The notes below the pieces were generated by a model. The model was not told the origin of the DNA. It saw only the letters and a list, made by a program, of their open reading frames with translations, and made no database searches. This document shows, one piece after another, positions 37,920 through 50,300 of a DNA stretch of 64,000 nt; within the stretch, counting starts at the first letter, position 1, and the number at the start of each line of letters is the position of its first letter. Made by a program: the position numbers and the translations under genes. The DNA is from Asterias rubens (Eukaryota): positions 3,534,001 through 3,598,000 of the forward strand of contig NC_047065.1 of assembly GCF_902459465.1 (NCBI RefSeq), read 5' to 3'.

Positions 37920-40900
37920 ATGGAGCCAGTAGAAACACAGAAAGGCATGTCCATATTTCTAGATGTAAGTTGGAGGAGTAGCGATATATTTATGAGGGAA
38001 ATTAAACGTTTTGAAATGGTTTAATAATTAAATAATGATGTCATTCTGTTGTTGACATTTTTGTGGTGCTTTTCAATTCAAGTGAACATTCCAGTGCAGG
38101 AAAAGGTGAGGGGCGGGGTCACTTTGTCATTGACAATGCAATAATTTTTCTGTCTATTGACAATGAATGTAAACACTTACTGTGAATTCGTGTTCAGCAT
38201 GAGAGTTAACTAATTTCTAGTCAAACATCATTGTATTGTAATGTTTATTTATCCATCAATTTGTTTTTTCTCTTTTGATTTCAATAATACAATGATAAAA
38301 TTGATATGATAAATTTTAAAATAATGTTATTTTGTTTGTAAAAAAAAGGCTAAGTCATAATTTTGTTATATTATTACATAGTAAATTATTAATAATAAAA
38401 ACACTTTCTTTCAGAGCGTCCTCCCTCCTTGGTTTGTGGTGTCAACACACTGTTGTGTATTCAGTTCAGTCACTTGTCAGTGTCACTGATTTATAGATAA
38501 TCGTAACCCTCCTCCCGTCGGGAAGATGGGGGGTTATGGTTATCGCAACTATATGTCACTGACTGTAGTTGTTTTCTGCCAACCATGCCAACTGGGATGC
38601 AATGTATGCTTGTATTATTTATGCTCACATTCAGGCTTTTTGCATCTGGATAGTTTAAATCGTATTCCTCCATCCTCCTGACAGTTGCAAAAGGAAGATA
38701 AAGGGTTTGATTATCGCAACTACAATGGAAACATCATGTTGGCGACAAACAAAAATGATTGCATTTGAAGCAAAAAAAAATTCCACCACAGGCCTGGCCA
38801 CGGTGCCCCTTTAAAAGTTTTCCAAATAGACTTTAAGATTTTTCTTTGTAAAATTAGAATGGCCTTGCCCTCTCAAAGATTTAAAGGCAGGTGACACTAC
38901 TCAAAATAATTATCAGCATAAAACCTCACTTGGTAACAAGTACATGTAAATGGGGAGAGGTTGATGGTATAAAACATTGTGAGAAACAGCTCCCTCTGAA
39001 GTGACATAGTTGTCAAGAAAGAAGTTATTTTCCACGAATTTGATTTCGAGACCTCAGATTTAGAATTTGAGGTCTCAAAATGAACCATCTAAAAGCACAC
39101 AACTTCGTGTGACAAGGGTGTTTTTTTCTTTCATAAATATCTCGCAACTCCGACGACCATTGAGCTCAATTTTTCACATGTCTGTTATTTTAAACGCATA
39201 TGTTGAGATACACCAAGTGAGAAGGCTGGTCTTTGACAATTACTAATAGTCTGATAGTGTCCAGTGTCTTTTATTTCAGGCCTGCCACAAGAACCACCAT
39301 TTCCATGTAAGTAATTGTATCGGGTGCATAACACCAATGTGAAGTTGCAAAAGAAAGATTTAATTCAAAACTTAATAATGCCTATATCTTCCTCTTTTGC
39401 AGGTATTTCGGCGAGCTGATAAAAATGGTAAGAATACACAAGTCTTCCATTGATTCATACCTGATGTTAATGCAATGTACGCGTGACAATGCCTGACAAT
39501 ATCATCGCTTGAAGTTTACACAGGACTTCAAGCTCGAGGCCAGTGATTACGAGCTACAGCATCGGGCCAACGTACGACTGGAAAACTTTGGAAGCCATGG
39601 TTTTTTTCCCCCAAATGTTGACATTCAGTTTGTCTGATAAATCTCTTTCAGTTATGTTCATTATTGGAGAATTTTTAAAACCATTAAGGCCAAATAAAAA
39701 AAATACCAGTTGATCGTCCGGATTTTTCAAAAAAAAGGAGGACGAGGGCCTTACTATTTACTATTTACTTTTTTTTTTTTTCAAGATGGTCGCTTAGTAT
39801 TTCAAATCAAACAGGCCACCAATTCTTCGGTTTGAACCCATTGCAAACTTATTTTACACTTGTTTGTTGCATGAGGACCTGTTAACACTATAACTGTATT
39901 AGTATTAACAGGTTCGGATTTGCTGGTAGGCATTCACTATTATTGTTTTATGAAACAGGCGGTTACACATGTTCGAGAGCATCACGTTAGATTCAGAAAA
40001 AGCTCCTAGGCCAGTCCTGTTGAAAAGATGGAGTAAACAAAATAATTAAAACCTTTTTTTTTTTTTTTCCCCCCCTTTTCCCCACAAAAATTGCAAAATA
40101 ACAAATAGTAAATAAAATGATTGCGGCCCCCAAAAAGGATGCGGGCGGGGACGATCAACTGTTTTTTTTTTATTTGGCCTAAAATGCTAATGAGATAAAT
40201 TTATCTTTTCTTCTGATATTTTTTTCTCATTTCAATTCTGGTCTTATAAAACAAATTCTGATCCAGCGAATAATTTGAGCTGTGTACAAGCCATGTAGTC
40301 TTGTGGAATAGTTTACCCCAAATTCAAGCCATGAATACTTTAAAGGGTGTATGTAAACACAATGTCCACAGATTTACACTAAACTTACACAGTTTGAAGA
40401 TAATGATAGTAGAAAGCTTCCCTGAACATAATACGTGATGAGGTGCTGTAGTTTTTGGGTAATGAGTAAAACAATGTCATGAAAACAGTTTTGGTCTCAT
40501 GAGACCAAAATTATTTTAAGCATCAAACGTATTTTCATGACATTGTTTTACTTATTTCTCAAAAACTACAGCACCTCAATAAGTAATATTTGAAGGGAAG
40601 CTTTCCACTATCACTATCTTCAAACCCTGTAAGTTTAATATAAATCTATGGACATTTTTAAAAAGTACCCAAATCTTTTAAGTTACCCTGTTCTTTCTGG
40701 GGTGTCGTGGCCGAGTGGATAAGAGCACCGAACTCAAGCTATGATGCTTCTGTTCAGCAGAGTGTGGGTTCGAATTCCGGTCATGACACTTGTGTCCCTT
40801 AGCAAGACACTTAACTCTAATTGCTTCTCTCCACCCAGGAGTAAATGGGTACCTGTGATGGCAGAGATGGTTCTTGTGATTGGTTTAAATAGCCGAGTAG

Positions 40901-43900
40901 TGCATGTATTGCGCACAGGCTGTATACTCCCCAGGGAGCTGGAACAATAAAGTTTGTTTATCTTATCTCAGTATTATTTTTGTTATTATGGTTCCAGATG
41001 ACAACTGCTTGTCAGTTGACGAGTTCCGATCCTTCTTTGCGGACGGAGTTCTAAACACTGAGGATCTTGATACGCTGTTCAAGGAGATTGACACCCATAA
41101 GACCACAAACATTGACACTGGTGAACTTTGCTGTGAGTAATTTTTAATATTTTTCCCCTTGTGATTGTTCTAGTGGGTAAAAACTGTAGGGCATCATTCT
41201 TGAATCACATCTTTAAATGTTTTTTTTTTTTTTTTTTTTAAGTTTGACCCTGAGTTAAAACAAGGTCTTTTACCCAGCAATCATGAAAAAAGTGAGGCGC
41301 TATAGAATGCATGGAAACTGTTCAGGAAATGGGTCAGGATGCAAATATCCAAATGGTTTCACTTTCACTTTGATTTTATGTTGGCTTCCCTTTTAACTCT
41401 GCGGCAACAAATTCCGGCATCAGGTAGTCAGGGAGCATCAAACTGGCTTCCATATGGAGATTGCTCTTTTAGATTTCTAGACAGTGAGTAGTGACTTACC
41501 CCCAGTAATTCTTTTTTAGGCAATCCCTACACTGCCGTTTGTTTTTTGTATTTCCTAAGTATTCCTCTGTTTTCGTAAGTCTTGGTTAGATCATTGTTGT
41601 ATTCTTTTGTTTTTAAAAGTCAGAATGATAAATAAATAAAGAATAAAATAAAATTACACTTTTTTTTCTGTTTAACAACCAGCGTACTTTTCCAAGAATC
41701 TTGGACCGTACAGAGACATTTATGCTGGATTGGAGGATATCAATGCGTCTGTTTCCACAGCTTTGTTGACAACAGCTAAGGTAAGTTCCTTAAGGAGAAA
41801 ACTGCCTCACCTTTTCGGGAAGGAAGTCTGAGGGCCTCCACTTAAACAAGTTTCAATTAGCCATTTGTGAGTTAGGTTTGAACAATGTCTGAGACAATGA
41901 CTTGCTTTGCCAATAATAATATTAATAACAATAATAACAGCTATTTATAGAGCGCTCTTACACTCGGTACCACAGTGCTATACAAGAAATCTACACAATA
42001 AGCAAATAAATAAAGGTACTAATAATGGTAAAGACAGTTGGTCCTCAGGAATCAACCATTGAACAGGAAAGTTTGACACATGTTTGAGATGTTTCTTAAA
42101 AACTTCCAGTGACTCTGCGGAATGAATTTGACAAGAGCGTCAGTTCCAAAGGCTTTAGGCATGTGGGGAAAATGCGGGATCCCCAGCAGCAGAATGCACC
42201 TTCAGAACTGCAAAGAGTGAACTGTCTAAACCAGAGCGAAGGCCAAAAAATGTGAATTCCTCAGAATATTGAGGCAGCGAAAAAAAAGGAAAAAAGTATT
42301 GGATGAAGGGCTTAGGCCGTTGCGGCCCTTCTTCTGATTACTGGGTGACATGAACACTTCATTTTTGATTATTGCACAGGAATACCCAGAGAAGAGTTTC
42401 CAGGACCAGTTCAGTGTGAGATTTCTCCTGAAGGAGGTACAGAATCAACTAGGAGCCCTGCTTCAGACGGTCAGTGCTGCGTCGGACCACCTGGAAGCAG
42501 ACGCTGTTAAGAAAAGGTGAGAGAAGGGGCACAAGTAGAGGTACAAAAGACCTAATTTTTACTATGTTAGCTCTGGTGTTTCTGATCCAAAAGAAAGTAA
42601 GCAATCACCTAAGGGAGCTGGAAAGAGTCCATATTTTGTCCCTACAGAGTCTAGCTGTATAATAATAATAATAGTAATAATAACCAGTTTTTATATAGCG
42701 CTTTTCACACCCTAAGGGCGTCTAAAAGCGCTTCCAACATTATTACCCCTGGTCACTGGGCCATTTGATTCATTCCTTAAACCATCTCCGCTCCCTGGTG
42801 GGGAGTATACACAGCCTGTGCAAAAAATATGCACTACATGTATTTTAGCTATGCAACAAATATGCGCTACTATTGCTAGTTACAAGAACCATCTCTGTCC
42901 TCACAATACCATCTACCCCTGGGTGGAGAGAAGCAATTATAGTTAAGTGTCTTGCTCAGGTAACAAAGTATCACGACTGGGACTCGAACCCACACTCTGC
43001 TGAACAGAAACACCAGAGCCTGAGTTTGATGCTCTTATCCGCTTGGCCACGACACAAAGTGTATTAAATTGTACCTCCTCAGTGGTATTTTTGGGTGATG
43101 CACAGAGTCTATGAACCCTCTGATTCTGGAAGATTCTTGGACTAAAAAAAGGAGGGAACCTGTGATGGCAAGCCATTTTTTAAGGAATGTTCACAAGCAT
43201 CAAATCTCATACCTGTCGTCTTTTGTAAGACTGGTGTCTCTGACTGTGGACATTGGATCAATCTTTCTTCTTAATTCAAAACCCTTTTTCTTGCCTCCAA
43301 TGTATTTAATCCAGGAACGGACAGACCCAGGTTCACTTTGAAGAGCCGAAGGTTAGTAGTACGGCTGGATGGATCGCACGACGGACAAGGAGGCAGCTGT
43401 CGACACAAACTAGCGTTCCTTTTGACAGCGAAAGTAAGTACTATTAACAAAGGCCCTGTGTCATCAAGCGTCAGACTATAATGCCAAATAAATAAAAATA
43501 CCAGTGGATTTTCCGGGTTTTTCCAAAAAGAGGATGAGGGCCTTTTTATTTTGTATTTCTTTCAGAGGTGGCCGCCAAGTTCTTTAATTCAATCTGGCCA
43601 CCAATTCTTAAAAGATGAGTAAGGTTAGAGAGAAACACACAAAAAATGTGTCTTTTTTAACACCCTTCCCCCTCCAAAAAAAGAAAATAGGATGCGACCT
43701 CAAAAAGGATTCCCTAAATCATGTAATTGGAGGAAGACATCAGGAAAGAATATCTTGTAAAAGTGTTGAATATCTTGACAAAATTGTTCAGGACTTTGTG
43801 CCATAAGAACTTTGAGAAAATCTCTTGGTGCAACTATGTATATAACAAAGAATGTTTTCCTTTCCTGAAGTGTGGTATATTTCTGCTTGGCACCAAAGAA

Positions 43901-46900
43901 TGATGAATTAGTAAGCGTCAAATACAATGCAAAACGTACTGCAAGTTCTATGCTTTCTCACAGGGAAACTTTTTTTAATTCAAACTTTTATTTCATCTGA
44001 CGATGCAGGCATGAATTCATTCTTCCTTCAAGTGAACCGCCTTCAAGAACTTGTGGACAAGATTGAAAATAAAGTCCAGATTGATCCAGTGGATGAAGAA
44101 ATAGTGACAGACGACAGCAGTCAGGTACAATTCTAACAATCTATAATCAATATATATTTGGTTTGCGGTAACACCATGTGTGTATCTACTTGCCATGTAG
44201 AGTTCGCTCTTAGAGAACTGTCTACTTTATTCTACTATCGCTGAGTAGATTTATCAGATGTTCGTGAGACTTCTCAGTTCTGAAAATCAACAGATTTTCC
44301 TGTAGTTGCATTTACTCAGCAGTCAGGAAGCCAGATTATTATAGTTACCACTTTAGCCAGGCATGCAATTTTTCATCATATCAGCTGATTTCCTCTTATT
44401 TTAATCTCAGTTTTATCATTCAAATTTAAAAATACTACCGGGTACACAAAATCATTGAAATTTGTAATTTCCTCTTTCTTGGTGAAGTTACAGTTGCATG
44501 CCTGTTTAGCTCTCGCACAATAATTAAACATAGTGTCATTTACTCCTCACCGCTCCACAGAAATTCGCAGTCGGACCTAAAAATCCTCAGACAACTTTCA
44601 TTGTGATTCATTTCTTGTGAGAGTTTTTATTTTTTTTGAGGATGAAGTTAACTTTTGAATGATTTTCACAGTTGTTTAGTTTGAAGTTTGAAACATAGGA
44701 GAGATCAAAGAAAATTTGAAAACATCGTTCTGTATGAGGTGATCTGTCTCTGTCACCTTCAAAGTTAGTAAGGTTGTCTAACTGCATCTCGTTTACTCGT
44801 TTCCCGGCAGGTGATCCTCGTTGCCAGGAAGCTTTGTGTCATTGATTCACAAGACAAGGCTTTCAGATCTGTCTTGAGGACCTACTTGGAGGCGGCTGGC
44901 AAGGATGAAGGATGCCAAACGTAAAAATCCTCATAGCTAATCTTTTACATGTTTTATAGGAGGTCATGCCGTATTAAAGTGTGGCAGTTGATTAAACTTT
45001 TTTGAACTATTTGTTTTGACATGCTGAGGCCTGGTACTTACATCTTCACTCACGCTACGGCATCACTCATGTTTCATTTGTGGGATCTCCGTTTTGTATA
45101 GCCCCTTTTAAGTAGCGTGGAGGTACATATAACAAAGCAACCTCACACAAATGAAGTCAATGTATTTTCATTTTGACACTCACCGTCGAAGGCAGAGTTG
45201 TAGATAGTTTTTCAAAACTTTGAGGTTGCAGCGCGAAACTTGATTATTTATTTCTCATCAAATGTGTCATTGCAGGGGATGTTTTCTACTATCACCATCA
45301 TTAGGCCGTGTAATTTTTATGTAAATCTGTGACCTTCACGATTTGTGTTTCTTACCAATTCTGTGACGTTCCTTTAAGATAAGAATTAGGTATAAATACT
45401 TAACTTTGGGCTTCAATAATAAAATCTCCTTTGGTGGAATGTTAACTCTGAAAAGCGCTGGTGCGATCTCTACATTTCAAACAGTAAATTCTACTGGTCT
45501 TCAGGGAAAAACCAAACTTGTTAAATATGTTCCCAGGAGGTTGTTTGTTTCTAATACTATTTTTTTTTCCATTCCTAATTGTTTTCTTGCAGTTTGAGTG
45601 TTCGATCATACTCGGGGACCAGTAACTTTGTGTTGTATGAGATTTGGGAGTCCGAAGAATTGTGGAAGAGGTAAACACTCAAACCATTTTGCTTTCTTGT
45701 TTGTGTATGTGTAACCCTAAAATTGAATAAATGTTCGGACCTCAAAGATCTTGTTCGAAGTTAAAAAAAAATGTGTTTGGGTAAAATCATGATAGAAGTT
45801 GTACTATTTTTCAAACGGCTGTTTAGGGGTCGGCATACTCTTTTATTTCATTTTTATTAAAACAACAATAAAGCTGAATAACATTATTCATACAGCACTG
45901 AAATTTATTATTTTTTTTTTTCATTCCTGCACTTACAACACTTTGTGAAAAGTGAGAATAGAGTATTGAGCCGTAGTATAAAACTGATGTGTAAACCATT
46001 GTAATCATTGTCTATATGAAATGGTATGCGTTTTATTTGAAGCCATTTCGCATCTGACGCTTCCAAGGCATTCCGTCGTAGCAATGTGGACCACCTTGAC
46101 AAGCCAGAGATCTTATCCTCCATGGCTATCCCAGGTAAGTTTCTTTGGATCTATTTCATTTCATGTCATTTATTAAAACTAGTTGTGAAGCTAAGTACTC
46201 TCAGAAAAACAATTGAATCACTTAATTATTATTTATTCGGCCAATTTCACATTAAATACAAAGTTTCAAATAATTTATACAAATAGGATAAAACTTTTTA
46301 AAATATTACTACCCAAGAGCGCCCCATGGAGAGTCGACAAGGAAGAAAGTGTAAGTTTTAAATATACACCTTATGCACATAACGTCATTTCAGTAGGGCG
46401 CCCTCACCTAGAGGTCAAAAGGAGGTTGTTCATTGGCCAATACTGTGCGCGTGCGTACAAATCTGTGCGTCTGGATTGTTTAGTCACCGTTTTTCGTCTA
46501 AGATGGCGGCTGGATGACGTCAATGCATAAGGTCTATTGGAAGCAAAACCCTAGGTAATATTTCAGGGAATATACATGCAATCGGATATAGGGACTGGAA
46601 TTCCAATCCAACGTAGTGCTCCGGTAGGACTCGAGCCTGGGTCCCAGAGGTAGAAGGCAACTCGGAGACAAGATACCACTACACCAACCAGACCGCTTTT
46701 AAATGACAAATTTTACTGTCAAAACACAGGAGATTCTCCTCAATCTACTCAGAAAAAAAACCTTGAAGCAATAGACACCATTGTCAGTATTACCATGGAG
46801 GAAGGGTCTTACAAACAGCCATTGTCTCTTGCAAATTTTGTAAGGGGCCTTTGTAAAGGTCACATGCCTTGACACTTTTTTTAGGCACCTTTGATTGAGG

Positions 46901-47857
46901 CAACCAATTGCAGTCAATCAATCAATCAATCAATCAATGAACATTTATTTTTCATGTCGACAATAACAATTTAAGCATACAAATATCGATGAGTATAATA
47001 ATGAAGGGCGGATGTAATGTATAGAAATTTGAAGATAATAACTACAGAAATTAACGTACTAGTCAACATGCAGGGAAAAAGTTTAAGCACAATGCTTTTG
47101 TATATTTCCCCGAGACAGACAAGGTCTTGGACGACAAGGACAAAAAAACAACAGCAACCAAAAAGAGCAGTACATGTTCCAAGACCACTTTAGTAGCACA
47201 TGAGTAATTTTTGCAAACAATCTCTTACGATCCACTAGCGAAAAATTTAAACATTCAAATGTGAATGCCTTTCTTTTTGGAGATTGCTTGGAACTGGTTG
47301 CCTGTAGATTGTCAGTGTGACACACGGCCCTTGTTAGGATATGACCATTAGCTGTAAGGCAATGAGATTATGTTGTATCCTTTAAAGGCAGTGGACATTA
47401 TTGGTAATTACTCAAAATAATTATTAGCATAAAACCTTACTTGATTACGAGTAATGGGGAGCTGTTGATGGTATAAAAAAAACTATGAGGAACGGCTCCC
47501 TGTGATGAAGTAATGTAGTTTTGGCGAAAGAAGTAATTTTCCATGGATTTGATTTTGAGACCTCAGATTTAGAATTTGAGGTCTCGAAATCAAGCATCTG
47601 AAAGCACACAACTTCGTGTGACACGGTTTGTTTTTCTTCATTATTGTCTCGCAACTTTGACTACTGATTGAGCTCAAATTTTCACAGGTTTGTTATTTTA
47701 TGCATATGTTGAGATACACAAAGTGGGTAGACTGGTCTTTGACAATTACCAATAGTGTCCAGTGTCTTTAAATGTACATAATTTGTTGTTATTGTTTTGC
47801 TCTTTTGCAGCGTCATGGATTTTGGACTCCACAGCTGGATTCAATGGGACCGCATAG
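37920..47857 (+). CDS. NECAB: N-terminal EF-hand calcium-binding protein (NECAB1/2/3 family; EF-hands, coiled coil, C-terminal ABM domain), 11 exons, ~333 aa
   Basis: Exons 37920-37964, 39403-39427, 40998-41132, 41683-41780, 42380-42516, 43315-43433, 44009-44124, 44811-44920, 45593-45670, 46043-46134, 47811-47857 (1002 nt). KGMSIFLDVFRRADKNDD, FFADGVL, EIDTHKTTNIDTGELC, RFLLKE, VNRLQELVDKIE, YEIWESEELW, FRRSNVD, PASW. Confidence 0.93.
38881..39272 (+). mobile_element. Family A copy nested in a CAGGCCT-ended element
   Basis: TTAAAGGCAGGTGACAC...GTGTCCAGTGTCTT; host element runs CAGGCCTGG (~38789) ...GCCCTCTCAAAGAT[insert]TTTCAGGCCTG. Confidence 0.85.
39688..40179. mobile_element. PIF/Harbinger-like MITE, TAA target duplication
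   Basis: TAA-GGCCAAATAAAAAAAA ... TTTTTTTATTTGGCC-TAA; fragments at ~1733, ~9620-9880, ~43490. Confidence 0.8.
40340..40681. mobile_element. Kolobok-like foldback MITE family C (largely palindromic)
   Basis: TTAA at both ends; arms such as GAGGTGCTGTAGTTTTTG / CAAAAACTACAGCACCTC around central GGTCTCATGAGACC; partial relative at ~55690-55950. Confidence 0.8.
40699..40950 (+). mobile_element. tRNA-derived SINE
   Basis: A box TGGCCGAGTGG, B box GGTTCGAATTCC, then GACACTTGTGTCCCTTAGCAAGACACTTAAC and CTCTCCACCCAGG..AAATGGGTACC; several homologues in window. Confidence 0.85.
41915..42250 (-). mobile_element. Decayed L2/CR1 LINE 3' end
   Basis: Minus translation GLRS...GDPAFS...LWN*...AESLEVFKKHLK resembles the post-RT C-terminus of L2/CR1 ORF2; simple-repeat tail follows. 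Confidence 0.7.
42661..43055 (-). mobile_element. tRNA-derived SINE, near full length, with L2-like 3' tail and (TTA)n end
   Basis: Reverse complement of the 40699 family; (AAT)n and TTTATATAGCGCTTTTCAC at the + strand left end. Confidence 0.85.
47382..47771 (+). mobile_element. Family A copy, last NECAB intron
   Basis: TTAAAGGCAGTGGACATTATTGG ... CCAATAGTGTCCAGTGTCTTTAA. Confidence 0.88.
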
Positions 47858-48986
47858 CTTCACTCAACCTTTACAACAAAAATAAGTACGTTTTAAACAA
47901 AACTCATTGTGCACGTTTAGTCGACGCCCATTTTAGTGCACACATTTGGGTGTGCAGGATAATGCATGGTCAATTTGAAATATTTCACGAAGTATGCAAT
48001 AAGTTCTTAGCACTGTATTTTACTTCTGTGAGCAGGCTCGGAATTAGCAAATAAAGAGTAAATCAGGGCTGACAATTTTAAAACATATTTTATTAAACAT
48101 TATGTTCTGGCTCACACAGGCACATTAATTTTTGTTCCCCATAATTTTCTTATGGTGTGCTGTGTTTTGGGTTTGGGTGGGGCTATTATTATTGTAAATT
48201 CTATTACTTCATTATACGGGGGGGGGTGTACAGATGATATTCACTGGGTACTTTTACACAGTGTGACAATGCCACCCCACAAGGTTCTCTTTGTACTGTT
48301 GCTACCCCACCAAGGAATTGTTCATGAAAGGGAATAATTGAACAACAGTGGTAGAACCTTGTAACAGATCCCTTCCATATGACAGCAACACTGGGCCCAA
48401 TTTCATAAAGCAGTGAAGCAGAAAATAATGCTTGACAAATTTCTTTGCTAAGCAAAAATTGAGTCGGGCACCAACCACAACAATGTAAACTTAATGTAGT
48501 TTAGGCTGGTAACCTGATTCTGCTTTAAGCAATCCTAGTGTTTGTTTAGCGAGGTTGAAAGGAGGTTGCTCATTGGCTTATCCTGTGTGCTGCGCTTACG
48601 TAATTATGCATATTCCATTGTTTCATCACTGTTTTACCCTCTATAAATATGGCAGAAGAATGATGAGAGTCAATACGGTTTGTTACAAAGCTGCATTTAT
48701 GATATGAAAAGTAGCTAGATGATTCCTAGTATGCATTTACATCATGGTTGTTGTAGAGAGTGCATTCATTGGTCACAGCAGAAAACAAAATGAAATTCCG
48801 TCGCATTATATATATATTTTTTTTAATGCATTGTTTTAGTTTGTATTACTTTTGTCCATTTGTTAGTATTTTGTAGAAAACAGTATATATTAAGTTTTAT
48901 TTTGTTGTGTTATAGTGACAAGTATTATAGGTTGTGGCCTAAACATTTTACTTCACAAAAAATATATATAATGAATAAGGTAGGTG

Positions 48987-49025
48987 GCCTTAGCTTTCGA
49001 TCCAAACCGGACCTTCTTCAGAGGC
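48987..49025 (-). ncRNA. Minimal type I hammerhead ribozyme motif, likely a Penelope-like element pLTR remnant
   Basis: Minus strand: GCCT-CTGAAGA-A-GGTCC(GGTTT)GGATC-GAAA-GC-TA-AGGC. Core CUGANGA/GAAA/UH intact, 4-bp stem I, 5-bp stem II, palindromic AGCU mini stem III. Confidence 0.7.
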
Positions 49026-49810
49026 ATAAAACAAGTACAAATAAATACAAATCCATTTATAGAAAAAGAGAAAAGAAGAAAAATATATATATATCAAGTA
49101 ATAAACCACAGAGGAAATTGACTGGGTAAATTGAAAAAAAAAAGTTTGGCTAGAACAAATACAAATTTAAGAGAGGACTTGAACCTGTAACCTCCAGATT
49201 GATTTACCAATTGAGCTATCTAATAGCCCTAATGAATGGCTTATGAAACACACCCCAAACAAAGGTATTGACGAAATAGGGAGAACGCCAACATTGGGCA
49301 AACGCCAACATAGGGCAAGATAGCTCAGTTGGTAGAGTGCTGGTGTCCTAGGGAAATCTATGTGCCGGAGATTGTGGGTCCCCCATATGGGTAATTAACC
49401 TAAACAAAAGCAACAACTCATTTCCTTGTGATCTTGCATTCCAAAATAATAACGAAAATTGCTAGATACTATTAGCCTCATTATGATATTTACTTATAAC
49501 TACAATGCATGAAAACAAATATAATTAATTTTCTTAGGCCCATTTTCAATTAAAGAACGAGCAGTTTGACTGTATTTTTGAAATTATCTATAAAGTAAAT
49601 TATAAATCGTTGTTTTACTTTTCATGGAAATAAAATGTAAAGGGTTTACAGATTATAAGTTGATCATGGTGATTGTTTGGGTTTTTTTTTTTTTTCAAGC
49701 TGGTTAGTAATGATGACTTTATCCTGGTTCAGTGACCATATTCTCTCTCAAGTTTGCTGTTCTTGTGACATTGCTGCTCCTGTCAGACTTGGGGTGGATT
49801 TCACAAAGAG

Positions 49811-50300
49811 TTAAAGGCAGTGGACACTATTGGTAATTACTCAAAATATTCATTGGCATAAAACATTACTTGGTGACGAGTAATGGGGAGAAGTTGGTGG
49901 TATAAAACATTGTGAGAAACAGCTCCCTCTGAAGTGCCGTAGTTTTGGAGACAGAAGTAATTTTCCAAGAATTTGATTTCGAGACCTCAAGTTTGGGGAG
50001 AGGTTGATGGTATAAAACGTGAGAAACGGCTCCCTCTGAAGTGCCATAGTTTTAGAGAAAGACGTAATTTTCCACGAATTTAATTTCGAGACCTCAGATT
50101 TAGAACTTGAGGTCTCGAAATCAACTATCTAAACGCACACAACTTCGTGTGACAAGGGTGTTTTTTTTCTTTCATTATTATCTCGCAAGTTCGATGACCG
50201 ATGAGTTCAAATTTTCACAGGTTTGTTATTTTATGTGTATGTTGAGATACACCAAGTGAGAAGGCTAGTCTTTGACAATTACCAATAGTGTCCACTGCCT
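49811..50300 (+). mobile_element. Family A copy with ~130-bp internal tandem duplication, inserted in another MITE end
   Basis: GGGGAGAG...GATTTCGAGACCTCA segment occurs twice (~49885 and ~49994); right TTAA missing; preceded by GGGGTGGATTTCACAAAGAG. Confidence 0.85.

Noticed and set aside
46620-46692. tRNA-like sequence on minus (also ~49175-49230 and ~49305-49380)
   Set aside because: A/B-box-like motifs are present but no complete cloverleaf; these read as decayed SINE heads.
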